A DNA stretch of 63,972 bases, the filler included, from Salisapilia sapeloensis CBS 127946 (lineage: Eukaryota; Protista; Oomycota), in NCBI GenBank assembly GCA_023334545.1. It is 10 parts of 10 records of this genome, joined end to end, with 100 filler letters (N's around TTAATTAATTAA, not from the genome) between each part and the next. Parts side by side here need not be neighbours in the genome. Positions count along the whole stretch, not along the records: positions 62,848 to 63,972 come from JAADVB010001297.1; 9 more parts are not named here. One strand, given 5' to 3'. Below the pieces are notes generated by a model that was given only the letters and a program-made list of their open reading frames with translations, had not been told where the DNA came from and did not search any database. Shown in pieces: positions 63,853 through 63,972 of this stretch. The translations under genes and the position numbers were made by a program. Numbering within the stretch: position 1 is the stretch's first letter; each line of letters opens with the position of its first letter.

Positions 63853-63869
63853 GTCATTTCCGAATTTGA
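63853..63869 (+). promoter_or_regulatory. INR+FPR core promoter
   Basis: GTCATTTCCGAATTTGA, 25 nt upstream of ATG 63894. Confidence 0.7.
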
Positions 63870-63893
63870 TCCGAACAAGACAAGAACCTCAAG

Positions 63894-63972
63894 ATGAACT
63901 CTACGAACGACGCCGGTGCCAAGCCCCCGATGAAGGACCGCGTGAAGGAGAAGACGCACCACATCAAGGAAA
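63894..63972 (+). CDS. Start of a gene running off the window (MNSTNDAGAKPPMKDRVKEKTHHIKE...), hydrophilic; product unknown
   Basis: ATG in an AAG-ATG context right after a canonical INR+FPR; the frame is open to the window end. Confidence 0.6.
   Translation, partial: MNSTNDAGAKPPMKDRVKEKTHHIKE

Overview
This is eukaryotic nuclear DNA, almost certainly from an oomycete. The evidence is oomycete INR+FPR core promoters, START-FYVE and WRKY19-like zinc-finger families, and short GT-AG introns of mostly about 50-60 nt. The window is not one continuous molecule. It is 10 contigs joined by nine 100-bp spacers (44 N + TTAATTAATTAA + 44 N), so adjacency across gaps is unproven, and most contigs break inside repeats or paralogues. 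It holds about 35 protein-coding genes or fragments, a DAACS/SLC1 transporter array, and an intact-looking Ty3/Gypsy gag-pol with a clear -1 frameshift signal. I found no rRNA, tRNA or CRISPR array. The strongest leads are: (1) a fusion of a complete CblC/MMACHC-like cobalamin-processing domain to a glutaminase-less asparagine-synthetase-like ATP pyrophosphatase domain; (2) a Na+/K+-type (IIC) P-ATPase with an intact catalytic core, three canonical ion-binding carboxylates replaced, and a ~290-aa six-Cys extracellular loop that might stand in for the beta subunit; (3) sharp ~60-bp gene-conversion-like tracts in three separate paralogue sets. All family calls come from motif recognition by eye. 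No searches were run, so novelty is unverified.
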